A DNA stretch of 32,000 nt from Candidatus Methylomirabilis oxygeniifera (GTDB lineage: Bacteria > Methylomirabilota > Methylomirabilia > Methylomirabilales > Methylomirabilaceae): positions 2,720,855-2,752,854 of the forward strand of contig FP565575.1 of NCBI GenBank assembly GCA_000091165.1. Reading direction: 5' to 3'. A program made the translations under genes and the position numbers. A model generated the notes under the pieces. It searched no databases. It saw nothing but the letters and a program-made list of their open reading frames with translations, and was not told the origin of the DNA. How positions within the stretch are numbered: position 1 is the stretch's first letter; the number at the start of each line of letters is the position of its first letter. Below, one piece after another: positions 17,686 through 27,178 of this stretch.

Positions 17686-18344
17686 TCGCCCCTCCCTTCA
17701 TGATGCGCCGTCTCCTCTTCCTGGCGGATCAAGCGCTGAATGCAAATCTGCATCGCCCGGCGTGCCCGCCACAGGCGGACCTTCGCGGCCGCTCGAGAGC
17801 AGCCGATGGCGTCGGCAATCTCCGCAATCTCAAGCCCGTGAACTTCGCGTAATGTGATGACCAATCGCTCCTTTGGCGTAAGACCGGCCAGTATCCGTTC
17901 CGCGAGATCTCTGGCGGCCACCTGATCTCCACTCCCGGTTCCAGTCGACGGACACCCTTTCTCAGCCAGGACGTGCATCACATCACGCTCGGACTCGCCC
18001 AGGTCGGTAAAGGTGACCTCGGAGCGTCGACGGATTTTTCGGAGGTGATCGTAGCAGGTGTTGACAGTGATCCGGCGAAGCCATGGCGCGAATGGGGCCC
18101 CAGGTCGAAACCGCCCGATAGCCACGTACGCCTTCAGGAAGATGTCCTGAGCCAGGTCTTCCACGTCCTGCTTGCGCCGGAGGAAGCTGCCGATAACGGC
18201 GAACACGTGCTGTTCATGTAACCTGAGCAGGGCCTCGAAGGCCTGCCGGTCGCCTTCCTGCGCCTGTCGGATGAGATCGGCTTCCCGTTCGGAAGCCTCT
18301 CGCCATCTCGCCGCAGGTTCCTGATCTTTCCTCTTATCCATCAT
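17682..18344 (-). CDS. ECF-type RNA polymerase sigma factor
   Basis: Region 2 DVEDLAQDIFLKAYVAIGRFRPGAPFAPWLRRITVNTCYDHLRK; region 4 LTPKERLVITLREVHGLEIAEIADAIGCSRAAAKVRLWRARRAM. Confidence 0.93.
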   Translation of the reverse strand: MMDKRKDQEPAARWREASEREADLIRQAQEGDRQAFEALLRLHEQHVFAVIGSFLRRKQDVEDLAQDIFLKAYVAIGRFRPGAPFAPWLRRITVNTCYDHLRKIRRRSEVTFTDLGESERDVMHVLAEKGCPSTGTGSGDQVAARDLAERILAGLTPKERLVITLREVHGLEIAEIADAIGCSRAAAKVRLWRARRAMQICIQRLIRQEEETAHHEGRGE

Positions 18345-18359
18345 AAATACGTATGGTGA

Positions 18360-18384
18360 GACCGTTGGGTTACGTGTATGTTCC
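18360..18384 (-). promoter_or_regulatory. Candidate ECF-type autoregulatory promoter (GGAAC-N17-GTC)
   Basis: Minus strand GGAAC (18384-18380), 17-nt spacer, GTC (18362-18360), 15 nt before the sigma factor ATG. Confidence 0.35.
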
Positions 18385-18548
18385 TATTGCTCATTGTCGC
18401 ACGCATTGAGCGGGAAACGGATGAGAAAGGGGACCGGTTGGTCCGGGTTGTACCTACACATTGCAGTTAAAAAGCATCGTTTTGCCTGCAAGCCTTTACT
18501 ATCGTAGGGTTAGCTCACTAACCACTGACACAAAGGAGAGATAAAACG

Positions 18549-18971
18549 ATGCAGGCTCAGATTACGCCATGGGTCAGCTCAAAGGCAATCGGAATCACCC
18601 GTACCGGCCCACCCGTGACAGCCTTAGGGTTTGGCGTTCTTGGTCGCCTCCGCCCAGCGGATTGGCTTGGCTCCGAATCTCGCGGGGGCACTGCCGTTTG
18701 TTCTCGCGTTCCAGCCCTTCGCCTCTGGCCTAGAAGTGAGCGAGTTGCAGTTTCAGGGGAGGCGGTGGGCGTGCGCGCTCCTCGCGGACCCGCACTCGTG
18801 CCTTCTTCAGGTCGAGGTTGCCCGACACGGCACGATCGATCAGATCGGAAAGTTCTGGATCATTTAATGCGGTTCACCATGCAGCCATCGTCTGAGCATT
18901 CATCTCCCCGGCAATCAGTCCGCTTTTTAGTTTGCTGTGCCATGTCGGGGATAATGATGTCTCAGGCCTGA
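18549..18971 (+). CDS. Hypothetical ORF of uncertain coding status
   Basis: Good SD (aaaggagagataaaacgATG), but low-complexity Arg/Pro-rich product and no recognisable domain; possibly frameshifted. Confidence 0.3.
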   Translation: MQAQITPWVSSKAIGITRTGPPVTALGFGVLGRLRPADWLGSESRGGTAVCSRVPALRLWPRSERVAVSGEAVGVRAPRGPALVPSSGRGCPTRHDRSDRKVLDHLMRFTMQPSSEHSSPRQSVRFLVCCAMSGIMMSQA

Positions 18972-19110
18972 CATAGTCCGGCCCCACGGTTGTACATCCG
19001 ACAAGGACAAGGGGCGCGAACACCGCAAGAAACTATGAAATTGTTCCGCCGGAAATGGGACCCATTCTTATAAGAACGGGATAGCAAGTGAATGTGGCGC
19101 AAATAAGGAA

Positions 19111-19139
19111 GCAGGGGCCGGTTTGAAACCGGCCCCTGC
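19111..19139 (-). terminator. Strong perfect hairpin, likely terminator of the EF-hand gene
   Basis: GCAGGGGCCGGTTTGAAACCGGCCCCTGC; on the minus strand followed by TTCCTTATTT. Confidence 0.55.
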
Positions 19140-19211
19140 CAGAAATCCGCAGCGCTTTTGTTGTGATTAGCCGTATAGTCAGCGACACCTATCTGTCAGA
19201 TGCCGCCGCTA

Positions 19212-19958
19212 TCAAGCCTGTAAGTTTACCAGAAAATATGTATCTCCACTGCCTGTCTTATCGCCTAAGGTCTCAAGCAGTGTCGATATATAGTCTTTGA
19301 TGTGGCTTGTTGTATCTGTGGACGAGCTACCGTCGGATGACTGGTTGCTCAGCAAATCAAGCAGAGATGACAACCGGTCCGAACCTATATTCATTCCATA
19401 GGTGGACATGGCATTTTGCATGCCAGCCGGCGGCGCGGGTGCGTTATCCTTCATGAAGCTGTTCAACTCATCCGCGCTTAATGAGCCGTCGCCATCCGTA
19501 TCGTATACGGAAAAAACTTTGTCTCCATCTATGGAGTCGCCTTTTCTTTCCCTAATATTTTCGGCGAAGACTCCAAATTCCGACTTACTAATGCCGCCGT
19601 CGGTATCGGTGTCAATCTTACTGAACAGTCCCTCAAGCCGGCCCTGCATTCCCCGACCTTCCATCGGCCCATTCATTGGAGGCGGCGCGGGTGCGTTATC
19701 CTTCATGAAGCTGTTCAACTCATCCGCACTTAATGCGCCGTCGCCATTTGCATCGTACTTGGAATAAACGTCTTCAACGTTCGGTGAACTTCCGCTCATC
19801 TCCGACATTTTCTTCGCAAGGTCCGAGAATTCGGTCTTGTCGACCCCGCCGCTGCCGTCGCTGTCGATCCTGCTGAACATCCTTTCCTTGAACTGCTGCA
19901 TCGACTGGACGTTCATTTGGTTGCCGAAACTGAACGAACTACTGATACTGCTTATCAT
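19212..19958 (-). CDS. EF-hand calcium-binding protein with four EF-hand loops
   Basis: Loops DSDGSGGVDKTE, DANGDGALSADE, DTDTDGGISKSE, DTDGDGSLSADE. Confidence 0.92.
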   Translation of the reverse strand: MISSISSSFSFGNQMNVQSMQQFKERMFSRIDSDGSGGVDKTEFSDLAKKMSEMSGSSPNVEDVYSKYDANGDGALSADELNSFMKDNAPAPPPMNGPMEGRGMQGRLEGLFSKIDTDTDGGISKSEFGVFAENIRERKGDSIDGDKVFSVYDTDGDGSLSADELNSFMKDNAPAPPAGMQNAMSTYGMNIGSDRLSSLLDLLSNQSSDGSSSTDTTSHIKDYISTLLETLGDKTGSGDTYFLVNLQA

Positions 19959-20091
19959 GCGTTACCTCCCTTCCAGAGCTTTTTGCTCGAAGCGCTGCGG
20001 ACGCTGGATGTAAAAGCAATCGAATTGCCACTTTCATGGATGGGAAGGAAAAATGTGTATGCCCCCAAACCGGATAAGTTACGTCTGATAA

Positions 20092-20292
20092 CTACTCTTT
20101 CTGCTTTTCCGTACGCCTCTTGTCTTCAAGTAGGCTCGCCGCCTGTTTCAGTAATGCGGATTTCCAGTTTTTAATCTGGTTGGGATGAAGGTTGTATTGC
20201 GCCGCCAGCTCGGTCAAGCTTTTATTCCCGTAAATTAATTCCGTTACGACCTTTGCCTTAAACGACCCGTCGTATGTTTTACGGTTTTTCAT
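20092..20292 (-). pseudogene. IS3-family OrfA-type transposase fragment (truncated)
   Basis: MKNRKTYDGSFKAKVVTELIYGNKSLTELAAQYNLHPNQIKNWKSALLKQAASLLEDKRRTEKQKE; no OrfB with DDE domain follows. Confidence 0.82.
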
Positions 20293-20591
20293 TGAAGCAT
20301 GTTCCTATATAAAATCCGGCAATTGATTGAATGTCATGTCGTAACTTAAATCACCAATAAAAACACTTGCTTTGAGGTCATTCCAGTTTATTTTCTTGCA
20401 GAAGACTTCTTCATTCCAGGCCGAAACTTTCTTGTGCCGAGGAAAATTTTTCCCGCTTTATGTTGATTTAGGGTGGCTGGTGAATATGGCCGAATTGTAA
20501 AAGAATTGAAATCGGCGGTCCCTCCTGACGCCCGTAGCCGAGCGTTGGTGCGGGTTCCCGGCTGCCGTATGAAGGTAACTGCAATACGGGC

Positions 20592-21800
20592 TTATTCATA
20601 TCTCAGTGCCTGGATAGGATCCAGACGTGCGGCCTGGCGAGCGGGAAAGAAACCGAAGACGATGCCGACCGTCGCGGAGAAGACGAACGCCACAACGACG
20701 ATGCCCGGGTTGAAAATGAACGGCACGTCAAGCGCAATAGCGCCGGCGCCGGCCGTCGCCAGCCCGAGCCCAATGCCGACCAGGCCGCCCAAGGACGAGA
20801 GCACCACCGCCTCTACCAGAAACTGCATCAGCACTTCCCGCTCCAGGGCCCCGATGGCCAGCCGAATGCCGATCTCCCGCGTCCGCTCGGTCACCGACAC
20901 CAACATGATGTTCATGATGCCGATCCCGCCCACCAGCAGACTGACCGTTGCGACCGCTCCCAGCAGCGCCGTGAGGACCTGGGTGGTTCCGGCCAGGGTG
21001 CTGACGAGCTGTTGCATGTTGAGCACGTGAAAGTCATCGTCCTTGCCCGGTGTAATCCGGCGGCGTTCCCGCAGCAGCCGCTCGATGTCCCGCTGAACCT
21101 TTTCCGTGGACACCCCATCTCGTGCGGAGACTGAGATCGCGCCGACATCCGTGTTCCCCGCGATGCGCCGCTGCAGCATGCGCAAGGGTACAAGAATCAT
21201 GTCGTCCTGATCTATGCCGAAACTCATCCGCCCCTTCTTGGCGAGGACGCCGATCACCTGGCAGGACAGCTTCTGCAGGCGAATTGTCGCACCCACCGGG
21301 TCCTGACCGCCGAAGAGCTCCCTCCGCACCGTCGCCCCGAGGATGCACTGGGCGCTGCCTGCTCGGAGGTCCTCATCGGTGAACTGGCGGCCGCCGGCCA
21401 GCGGCCAGTTCCGTGTCTGGAGGTAGGTGTTGACGCTGCCGGTGATGGTGGTGGACCAGTTCGCGCTCCCCGAAATCGCCTGCATCGTCCGGGTGGCGAC
21501 GGGAGCCACAGCCAGGAGCCCCGAGACCTCCCTGGCGATGACCTCGGCATCCTCGATCTTGAACATGGCGGCACTCTCGCGCGCGCCGCCTGGGCGCGGC
21601 CCCTGTCCAGGCATCACCTCAACGAGGTTGGTGCCGAGGGTCGCCACATCGGCCGTCACCTTCGTAGTCGCGCCGGCCCCGATGGTCACCATCGTGATGA
21701 CAGAAGCGACACCGATGACGATGCCAAGGATAGTCAGCGAAGAACGCAGGATGTTGCGGCGGATCGCCCTGAGCGCCAAGAGAACAATACTCCAGAACAT
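20592..21800 (-). CDS. ABC transporter permease, MacB/FtsX-like (second cluster)
   Basis: LLALRAIRRNILRSSLTILGIVIGVASVITMVTIGAGA...VGGIGIMNIMLVSVTERTREIGIRLAIGA...FFPARQAARLDPIQALRYE. Confidence 0.95.
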   Translation of the reverse strand: MFWSIVLLALRAIRRNILRSSLTILGIVIGVASVITMVTIGAGATTKVTADVATLGTNLVEVMPGQGPRPGGARESAAMFKIEDAEVIAREVSGLLAVAPVATRTMQAISGSANWSTTITGSVNTYLQTRNWPLAGGRQFTDEDLRAGSAQCILGATVRRELFGGQDPVGATIRLQKLSCQVIGVLAKKGRMSFGIDQDDMILVPLRMLQRRIAGNTDVGAISVSARDGVSTEKVQRDIERLLRERRRITPGKDDDFHVLNMQQLVSTLAGTTQVLTALLGAVATVSLLVGGIGIMNIMLVSVTERTREIGIRLAIGALEREVLMQFLVEAVVLSSLGGLVGIGLGLATAGAGAIALDVPFIFNPGIVVVAFVFSATVGIVFGFFPARQAARLDPIQALRYE

Positions 21801-22489
21801 CAGACCGCTCCCTCTTTTCGGCCGTCCGGTTCGATCCGGCCGTCCCGGAAGTGGATGACTCGCCCTGCGAAGGCGGCCATGTCCGCTTCATGGGTCACCA
21901 GGATGATGGTGATGCCGCGCTCTTCATTGAGCGTGCTGAGCAGCGTCATGATCTCCTGGCTCATGGCGGAATCCAGGTTGCCTGTCGGTTCGTCGGCGAA
22001 CAAGACTGCCGGATCGGTCACGATGGCTCGGGCAATAGCCACCCGCTGCTGCTGCCCCCCGGAGAGTTCAGCAGGTGTGTGCGATTCCCAGCCACCCAGC
22101 CCGACGGCCTCCAGTGCCTCCCTGGCGCGTCTCCGACGCTCCCCGGACGGTACGTTGCGATAGAGTAAGGGCAGCTCCACGTTCTCGAGTGCGGATGTCC
22201 GGCTCAACAGGTTGTAGCCCTGGAATACGAAGCCGAGATAGTGGCGGCGAAGAAGCGCGCGCTGGTTCCTCGTCAGGGTGCCAACATCGAGCGCTTGGAA
22301 CTGATAGACGCCGGATGTCGGTGTATCGAGGCATCCCAGGATATTCATGCACGTGGACTTCCCCGATCCGCTTGGTCCCATCACGGCGACAAACTCCCCC
22401 TGAGTAATCAGGAGATCAATCCCGCGTAACGCGTGCACGGCAGCGTGGCCCGTGCCGTACACTTTGGCCACGGCCGTCAACTCAATCAT
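21800..22489 (-). CDS. ABC transporter ATP-binding protein, MacB/LolD-like (second cluster)
   Basis: MIELTAVAKVYGTGHAAVHALRG, Walker [37 protein letters not shown]. Confidence 0.95.
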   Translation of the reverse strand: MIELTAVAKVYGTGHAAVHALRGIDLLITQGEFVAVMGPSGSGKSTCMNILGCLDTPTSGVYQFQALDVGTLTRNQRALLRRHYLGFVFQGYNLLSRTSALENVELPLLYRNVPSGERRRRAREALEAVGLGGWESHTPAELSGGQQQRVAIARAIVTDPAVLFADEPTGNLDSAMSQEIMTLLSTLNEERGITIILVTHEADMAAFAGRVIHFRDGRIEPDGRKEGAV

Positions 22490-23811
22490 CGGTCGGCACT
22501 CATCGCATCGACCGCGAGCGGCATTCCCGGCTCGATCTCCCCACCCGTGATCTCCGTCATAATCCCGTCGGTCACGCCGGTGGTAACCGGGATGGCGACA
22601 AGCTGTCCATCGCGGAGCATCCACACCTGCGGCCGCTTGGAGTCGCCTGTCGCGTCCCCGCGCGTCTTGGGAGGCATGGGCGGTGGGCCCGGGAGGATCT
22701 TTCGCAGGAGCCCGCCGCCGCTGGTCGGCGCCTGCTGCTGTCCTGCCTGGGGCGAAAAGCGGAGCGCCGCATTTGGGACCAGCACGGCGTTCTCAACCTT
22801 CTGAACGGTGATGACCGCCGTCGCCGTCATCCCCGGCCGGAGGGATAGGTCCGAGTTGTCCAACGTCAACACGGTCTCGTACGTCACGACACCGCTCACC
22901 GTCTTGGCGCCGTAGCGGACCTGGGTGATCCGCGCCAGAAAGGTCCGGTCCGGAAAGGCGTCAACGGTGAAGGTGGCCGGCTGGCCTGCTCTGACACGCC
23001 CCACGTCGGCCTCATCCACGTCGACGTGGAGTTCCATTTTTGCCAAGTTTTCCGCCAGTGTAAAGAGCACCGGAGCCTGGAGTGTGGCGGCCACCGTTTG
23101 TCCCACGTCCACATTGCGGGACACCACGGTGCCGGCTACGGGAGCGCGAATGGACGTGTGGTCCAGATCTACTTGGGCCTGGGCCACGGCCGCCCGCTTC
23201 TGATCCACCTGGGCCCGAGCCGCCTCGAACTGGGCCTGGGCGGCGCGACGCGACGCCACCGTCGCGTCGTGGGTGGTCTGGGCCGTGTCCCGCTCCTCCC
23301 GGGAGATCCCGCCCTCTTGAAACAACTGTACCCGCGAGTCCCGCTTCACGCGGGCGTCACGCACCTGCACGTCGGCGTTGACCACGTCGGCCTCGGCCCG
23401 AGCCACGGCGGCCTGGGCGGCCTGAAGGTCCGCCTGGACCTGGGCCAGCTTGGTCTCGAAGAGGTCCGGATCGATGCGGGCGATAAGCTGGCCCTTCTTC
23501 ACGGGGGAGTTAAAGTCGGCCTTCAACTCCCTGATGATCCCTGAGACCTGGCTGCCCACCTGCACCGTAGTCACAGCGTTGAGGGTCCCGGTCGCCTTCA
23601 CGGTGACGGTCAGCGATCCCCGGCGCACCTCTTGGGTCTGGTATTGTGGCGCCTGGGTAGCGCGAGTGGCCTGCCAGGCTGCTATGGCATACATCACGGC
23701 GATCCCGAGAAGCAGCGCAACGAGAATCTGGATCAGGCGGTATCGCCACCTCGACGATCGCGGTCTGCCCACTACCCGAACGATATCCGGCTCTGGCTTC
23801 GCTTTGTCCAT
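22486..23811 (-). CDS. Periplasmic membrane fusion protein, MacA/HlyD-like (second cluster)
   Basis: TLNAVTTVQVGSQVSGIIRELKADFNSPVKKGQLIARIDPDLFETK...VDLDHTSIRAPVAGTVVSRNVDVGQTVAA. Confidence 0.94.
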   Translation of the reverse strand: MDKAKPEPDIVRVVGRPRSSRWRYRLIQILVALLLGIAVMYAIAAWQATRATQAPQYQTQEVRRGSLTVTVKATGTLNAVTTVQVGSQVSGIIRELKADFNSPVKKGQLIARIDPDLFETKLAQVQADLQAAQAAVARAEADVVNADVQVRDARVKRDSRVQLFQEGGISREERDTAQTTHDATVASRRAAQAQFEAARAQVDQKRAAVAQAQVDLDHTSIRAPVAGTVVSRNVDVGQTVAATLQAPVLFTLAENLAKMELHVDVDEADVGRVRAGQPATFTVDAFPDRTFLARITQVRYGAKTVSGVVTYETVLTLDNSDLSLRPGMTATAVITVQKVENAVLVPNAALRFSPQAGQQQAPTSGGGLLRKILPGPPPMPPKTRGDATGDSKRPQVWMLRDGQLVAIPVTTGVTDGIMTEITGGEIEPGMPLAVDAMSADR

Positions 23812-23854
23812 GGACTTACGCCCTCTTTGGGCGTGCTCGGAACCCTCTTCGCCG

Positions 23855-24115
23855 TTACTTCTGCGGCACGGCTACCAACTGACCTTGTAATTCCCGACAC
23901 GTCCCGGTGATCGTGTCCCCTCGGGGAGTCTGGAACTGCACCGTATCCCCCGAGCTCTTCCCTTCACACGCCCGGATCGCCTCGGGTGGCAGCCCCGCGC
24001 CGCGTCCGCCCCATGGAGGTTGTCCGAACACCCGCCCAGCGGTCGTGCTCATGACAAGAAACCCCAGGACTGCCACTGCCTTCTTCACCATGACACCGCG
24101 CCTGTTCGCTCGCAT
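23855..24115 (-). CDS. Small exported protein of unknown function
   Basis: Signal peptide MRANRRGVMVKKAVAVLGFLVMSTTAGRVFGQ, then ACEGKSSGDTVQFQTPRGDTITGTCRELQGQLVAVP with two Cys. Confidence 0.6.
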   Translation of the reverse strand: MRANRRGVMVKKAVAVLGFLVMSTTAGRVFGQPPWGGRGAGLPPEAIRACEGKSSGDTVQFQTPRGDTITGTCRELQGQLVAVPQK

Positions 24116-24165
24116 ATCCTGCTCCTTTCTGTTGTAAAGTTGACCGCCCTTACTACCCATGTTCT

Positions 24166-24627
24166 CTACTTGACCACCACCTGCCCTTTTAGTAATGCCA
24201 CCCCAGCCGATGAAGACATCAGCATGCGGTACGTGTACGTGCCTGGAGAGTCGAAGCGAAAAGCGCCCATAGCCCCCGGTACGATCGGATCGGAGGTACA
24301 GCTTCCGCTGGAGGGCGTCGCAGACTCCTTGGGCGTGCCACAGGCCTTTCCCGACGGAATGTTTTCATCGAAGACAACGCGAGCCAGTGATTCCGGGACG
24401 GCATTCACCCAGAGAACCGTCTCGCCCGGACTGATCTCGATCGTCCGGGGGATAACATCGAGGTCGACTCGCCCGGAAGACATTTGTGTAACCAGGACCG
24501 TGACGACCTTGACGATTCCGATTGGTTGCATATCCGCCGGGATGCTCAAATCCTGTAGTGACCCATTGGCAGGCCACGCCGCCATGACGACCATAAGAAG
24601 CGATACGAAGACAAGGGGAATGCGCAT
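24166..24627 (-). CDS. Exported cupredoxin-fold-like protein
   Basis: Signal peptide; IEISPGETVLWVNAVPESLARVVF...GAFRFDSPGTYTYRMLMSSSAGVALLKGQVVV. Confidence 0.65.
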   Translation of the reverse strand: MRIPLVFVSLLMVVMAAWPANGSLQDLSIPADMQPIGIVKVVTVLVTQMSSGRVDLDVIPRTIEISPGETVLWVNAVPESLARVVFDENIPSGKACGTPKESATPSSGSCTSDPIVPGAMGAFRFDSPGTYTYRMLMSSSAGVALLKGQVVVK

Positions 24628-24878
24628 TTCTCTTCACCACCTTTCACCATCTCCGGCTGATCTTTCTCGTAGTACCACTCGCGACTCCACTATATATGTA
24701 CAGTCGCGCGTCTAAAGTGTGTATTAAGACTCAGTCAAGGCATGTAAAGATTTGTGAAGGCTCGCTGCAGATGCTCGGTCTGAATCCTGTACAGCAGAAT
24801 GCCGCTTAACCTTTCTTAACATTCACTCCCTCTGCCTTGAGATATAATAGAGTTCGGACGCCCTAAGAACATCAGGAG

Positions 24879-25619
24879 TTGCAGATGCACCGCATCCTTG
24901 TGATTGATGACGATGTCGAACTGTGCGAGCTATTGACGGATTATCTGACCCCGGAAGGGATTCAGGTCGAGGCCGTCCACGATGGCGGACAGGGCGCCGA
25001 GCGGGCGCTCTCTGGCGAGCATGCGCTGGTGGTGCTGGACGTCATGCTGCCGGGGATCAGCGGCTTCGAGGTACTCCGGCGGATCAGGGCAGGATCGAGT
25101 GTCCCCGTGTTGATGTTGACCGCCCGTGGCGATGACGTGGACCGGATCGTGGGGCTGGAGATGGGCGCCGACGATTATCTCTCCAAACCCTTCAACCCGC
25201 GAGAGCTGGTGGCGCGGATTCGTGCCATTCAACGTCGGGCTCAACCCAGTGTAGAGCGGGAGACCGGAACGGGAAAGGCCGTAGAACGTGTGGTTGTCGG
25301 GGATGTCGAAGTGGACCCTGGTGCGCACATCGTACTCCAACGCGGCCATCCGGTAGACTTGACGTCGGTCGAATTTACAATGTTGGAGGTCTTGCTGCGC
25401 GCGTCGGGCCAAGTGGTCAGCCGCGAGGACTTGGCCAAACAGGCGCTGGGACGGAGGCTTTCCCCGTACGACCGGAGCATCGATGTACACATCAGCAGCC
25501 TGCGCAGGAAACTGGGGCACCAACTCGGCGACACGGAACGGATCAAGACGGTGCGCGGAATGGGCTACCTCTATATCCGTCCCCCAAGCTCCACACAAGA
25601 AGAGCCGCCCAGGGGCTAA
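24879..25619 (+). CDS. OmpR/CpxR-like response regulator
   Basis: ILVIDDDVELCELLTDYL...VVLDVMLPGISGFEVLRRI...ADDYLSKPFNPRELVARI; winged-helix C-terminus VISREDLAKQ-like VVSREDLAKQALGRRLSPYDRSIDVHISSLRRKLG. Confidence 0.94.
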   Translation: MQMHRILVIDDDVELCELLTDYLTPEGIQVEAVHDGGQGAERALSGEHALVVLDVMLPGISGFEVLRRIRAGSSVPVLMLTARGDDVDRIVGLEMGADDYLSKPFNPRELVARIRAIQRRAQPSVERETGTGKAVERVVVGDVEVDPGAHIVLQRGHPVDLTSVEFTMLEVLLRASGQVVSREDLAKQALGRRLSPYDRSIDVHISSLRRKLGHQLGDTERIKTVRGMGYLYIRPPSSTQEEPPRG

Positions 25620-25630
25620 AGCGGAGAACG

Positions 25631-27076
25631 ATGCGCAGCCTGTTTGTAAAGGTATTTCTCTGGTTCTGGTTGGCCACCACCCTGTCCGGCGTGGCGCTGT
25701 TCCTCATCGGCCTTGCTACTCACACCGGACCGCGGGCCGAGCATCGTCGGCGCCTGACCGAACAGTGGCGGCATATGGGAGGGCAGACCCTGGCCCTCTA
25801 TGGCGAGGCGGCCGCTGTGCTGCTGAAGCGCGAGGGGCAGGCCGCGCTCGAAGACTACACGCAACGCGTTGAGCGTGCGACCGGTATCCGCGTGATACTG
25901 TTCCTTCATGGACATGAAATCGTACTTGGTCGGGAGGCTTCCGCGGACGCCAGGCGCCTGGCGGAGCGGGCCATGGAAAGCGGCAGGACCGAAATCGATG
26001 AGGTTGGCGAGAGACCCGTACTTGCCACGCGGATCCTCGGATCACAGGGAGAAGTATACGTTGTTACAGGCATCGTCACCAGCCCGCACCCGCCAGGGGT
26101 GGGCCCCCCTCCGCCCATGTCTGGGCCGCAGACTGGACTTCTTGCCGAATTCCCACGTTTTCTCCGAGGATTCAGCATGCCTGCGCTGGTAAGTTTTTTC
26201 GTTGGGGGGCTGGTATGTCTCGGACTCGCCTGGCATCTGACAGCCCCCGTCCGTCGGCTTCGCGCGACGGTACAACGGTTTGCCGGCGGTGAGTTGACGG
26301 CCCGCGTTGGGGCGGGACGGGGCGGGGACGAAATTGCTGCCCTGGGCCGAGATTTCGATGTCATGGCCGAACGAATCGAGGGGCTGATGACGGCGCAACG
26401 GCAACTGCTGCGCGACATTTCACATGAACTGCGGTCCCCACTGACCCGGCTAAACGTCGCCCTCGATCTGGTCCGGCAGCGGTCCGGTCCGGAGGTCAAA
26501 GGGATGCTGGGCAGGATCGAACGGGAGGCCGTACGGCTCAACGACTTGATCGGCCAACTCCTTACACTGACCAAGATTTCGACGGGCGGGGACCTGATGC
26601 CGCGAGAACCAGTCTCGCTCACATACCTTGTGCAGGAGATTGCCGCTGATGCCGACTTCGAGGCCCACATACAACATCGCAGCGTGCGCGTCGTCACAGA
26701 GGACGAGCTGATCATTCAGGGGGTCGAAGAGATACTCCGGCGAGGCATCGAGAACGTGGTGCGAAATGCGGTCCGCTATACCGCCGAACAGACTCAGGTG
26801 GACATCACGGTCAGTCGGCGGTCCGGCCGCTCTGGTGATGAGGTGGTTATTCGGGTCCGAGATCATGGTCCGGGCGTTCCTCAGAGCGCGCTGTCTCAGC
26901 TATTTCTCCCGTTCTACCGGGTGGCCGATGCCCGTGACCGGCAGTCTGGCGGGACGGGCATCGGCCTGGCCATCACCGAACGAGCGGTTCATTTGCACAA
27001 CGGCACCGTCACCGCCGCCAACGCTCAAGATGGCGGGCTCATCGTGGATATTGTGCTTCCGATTGCCACTCCCTAA
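25631..27076 (+). CDS. CpxA-like sensor histidine kinase
   Basis: Two TMs, HAMP, H-box LLRDISHELRSPLTRLNVALDL, N/G boxes ENVVRNAVRYT, RVRDHGPGVP, SGGTGIGLAI. Confidence 0.93.
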   Translation: MRSLFVKVFLWFWLATTLSGVALFLIGLATHTGPRAEHRRRLTEQWRHMGGQTLALYGEAAAVLLKREGQAALEDYTQRVERATGIRVILFLHGHEIVLGREASADARRLAERAMESGRTEIDEVGERPVLATRILGSQGEVYVVTGIVTSPHPPGVGPPPPMSGPQTGLLAEFPRFLRGFSMPALVSFFVGGLVCLGLAWHLTAPVRRLRATVQRFAGGELTARVGAGRGGDEIAALGRDFDVMAERIEGLMTAQRQLLRDISHELRSPLTRLNVALDLVRQRSGPEVKGMLGRIEREAVRLNDLIGQLLTLTKISTGGDLMPREPVSLTYLVQEIAADADFEAHIQHRSVRVVTEDELIIQGVEEILRRGIENVVRNAVRYTAEQTQVDITVSRRSGRSGDEVVIRVRDHGPGVPQSALSQLFLPFYRVADARDRQSGGTGIGLAITERAVHLHNGTVTAANAQDGGLIVDIVLPIATP

Positions 27077-27178
27077 CGCCCGGTAAAATCCGACGGCAGA
27101 GGCTAATATATGAATTCACGCAATATTCGGGCTGAATAGCTGATCGCTGCCTCGGTGTCTGGAGATGGCCTCAGGCTA

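Noticed and set aside
20293-20510. AT-rich segment with a short minus-strand open frame (SGKNFPRHKKVSAWNEEVFCKKINWNDLKASVFIGDLSYDMTFNQLPDFI)
   Set aside because: No start codon context or known domain; probably foreign sequence tied to the IS remnant, but not supportable as a gene.
22068-22352. Possibility of a CRISPR array or tandem-spacer structure in the GC-rich ABC gene regions
   Set aside because: No regularly spaced direct repeats were seen anywhere in the window; the short repeats found are 6-7 nt tandem tracts or palindromes.
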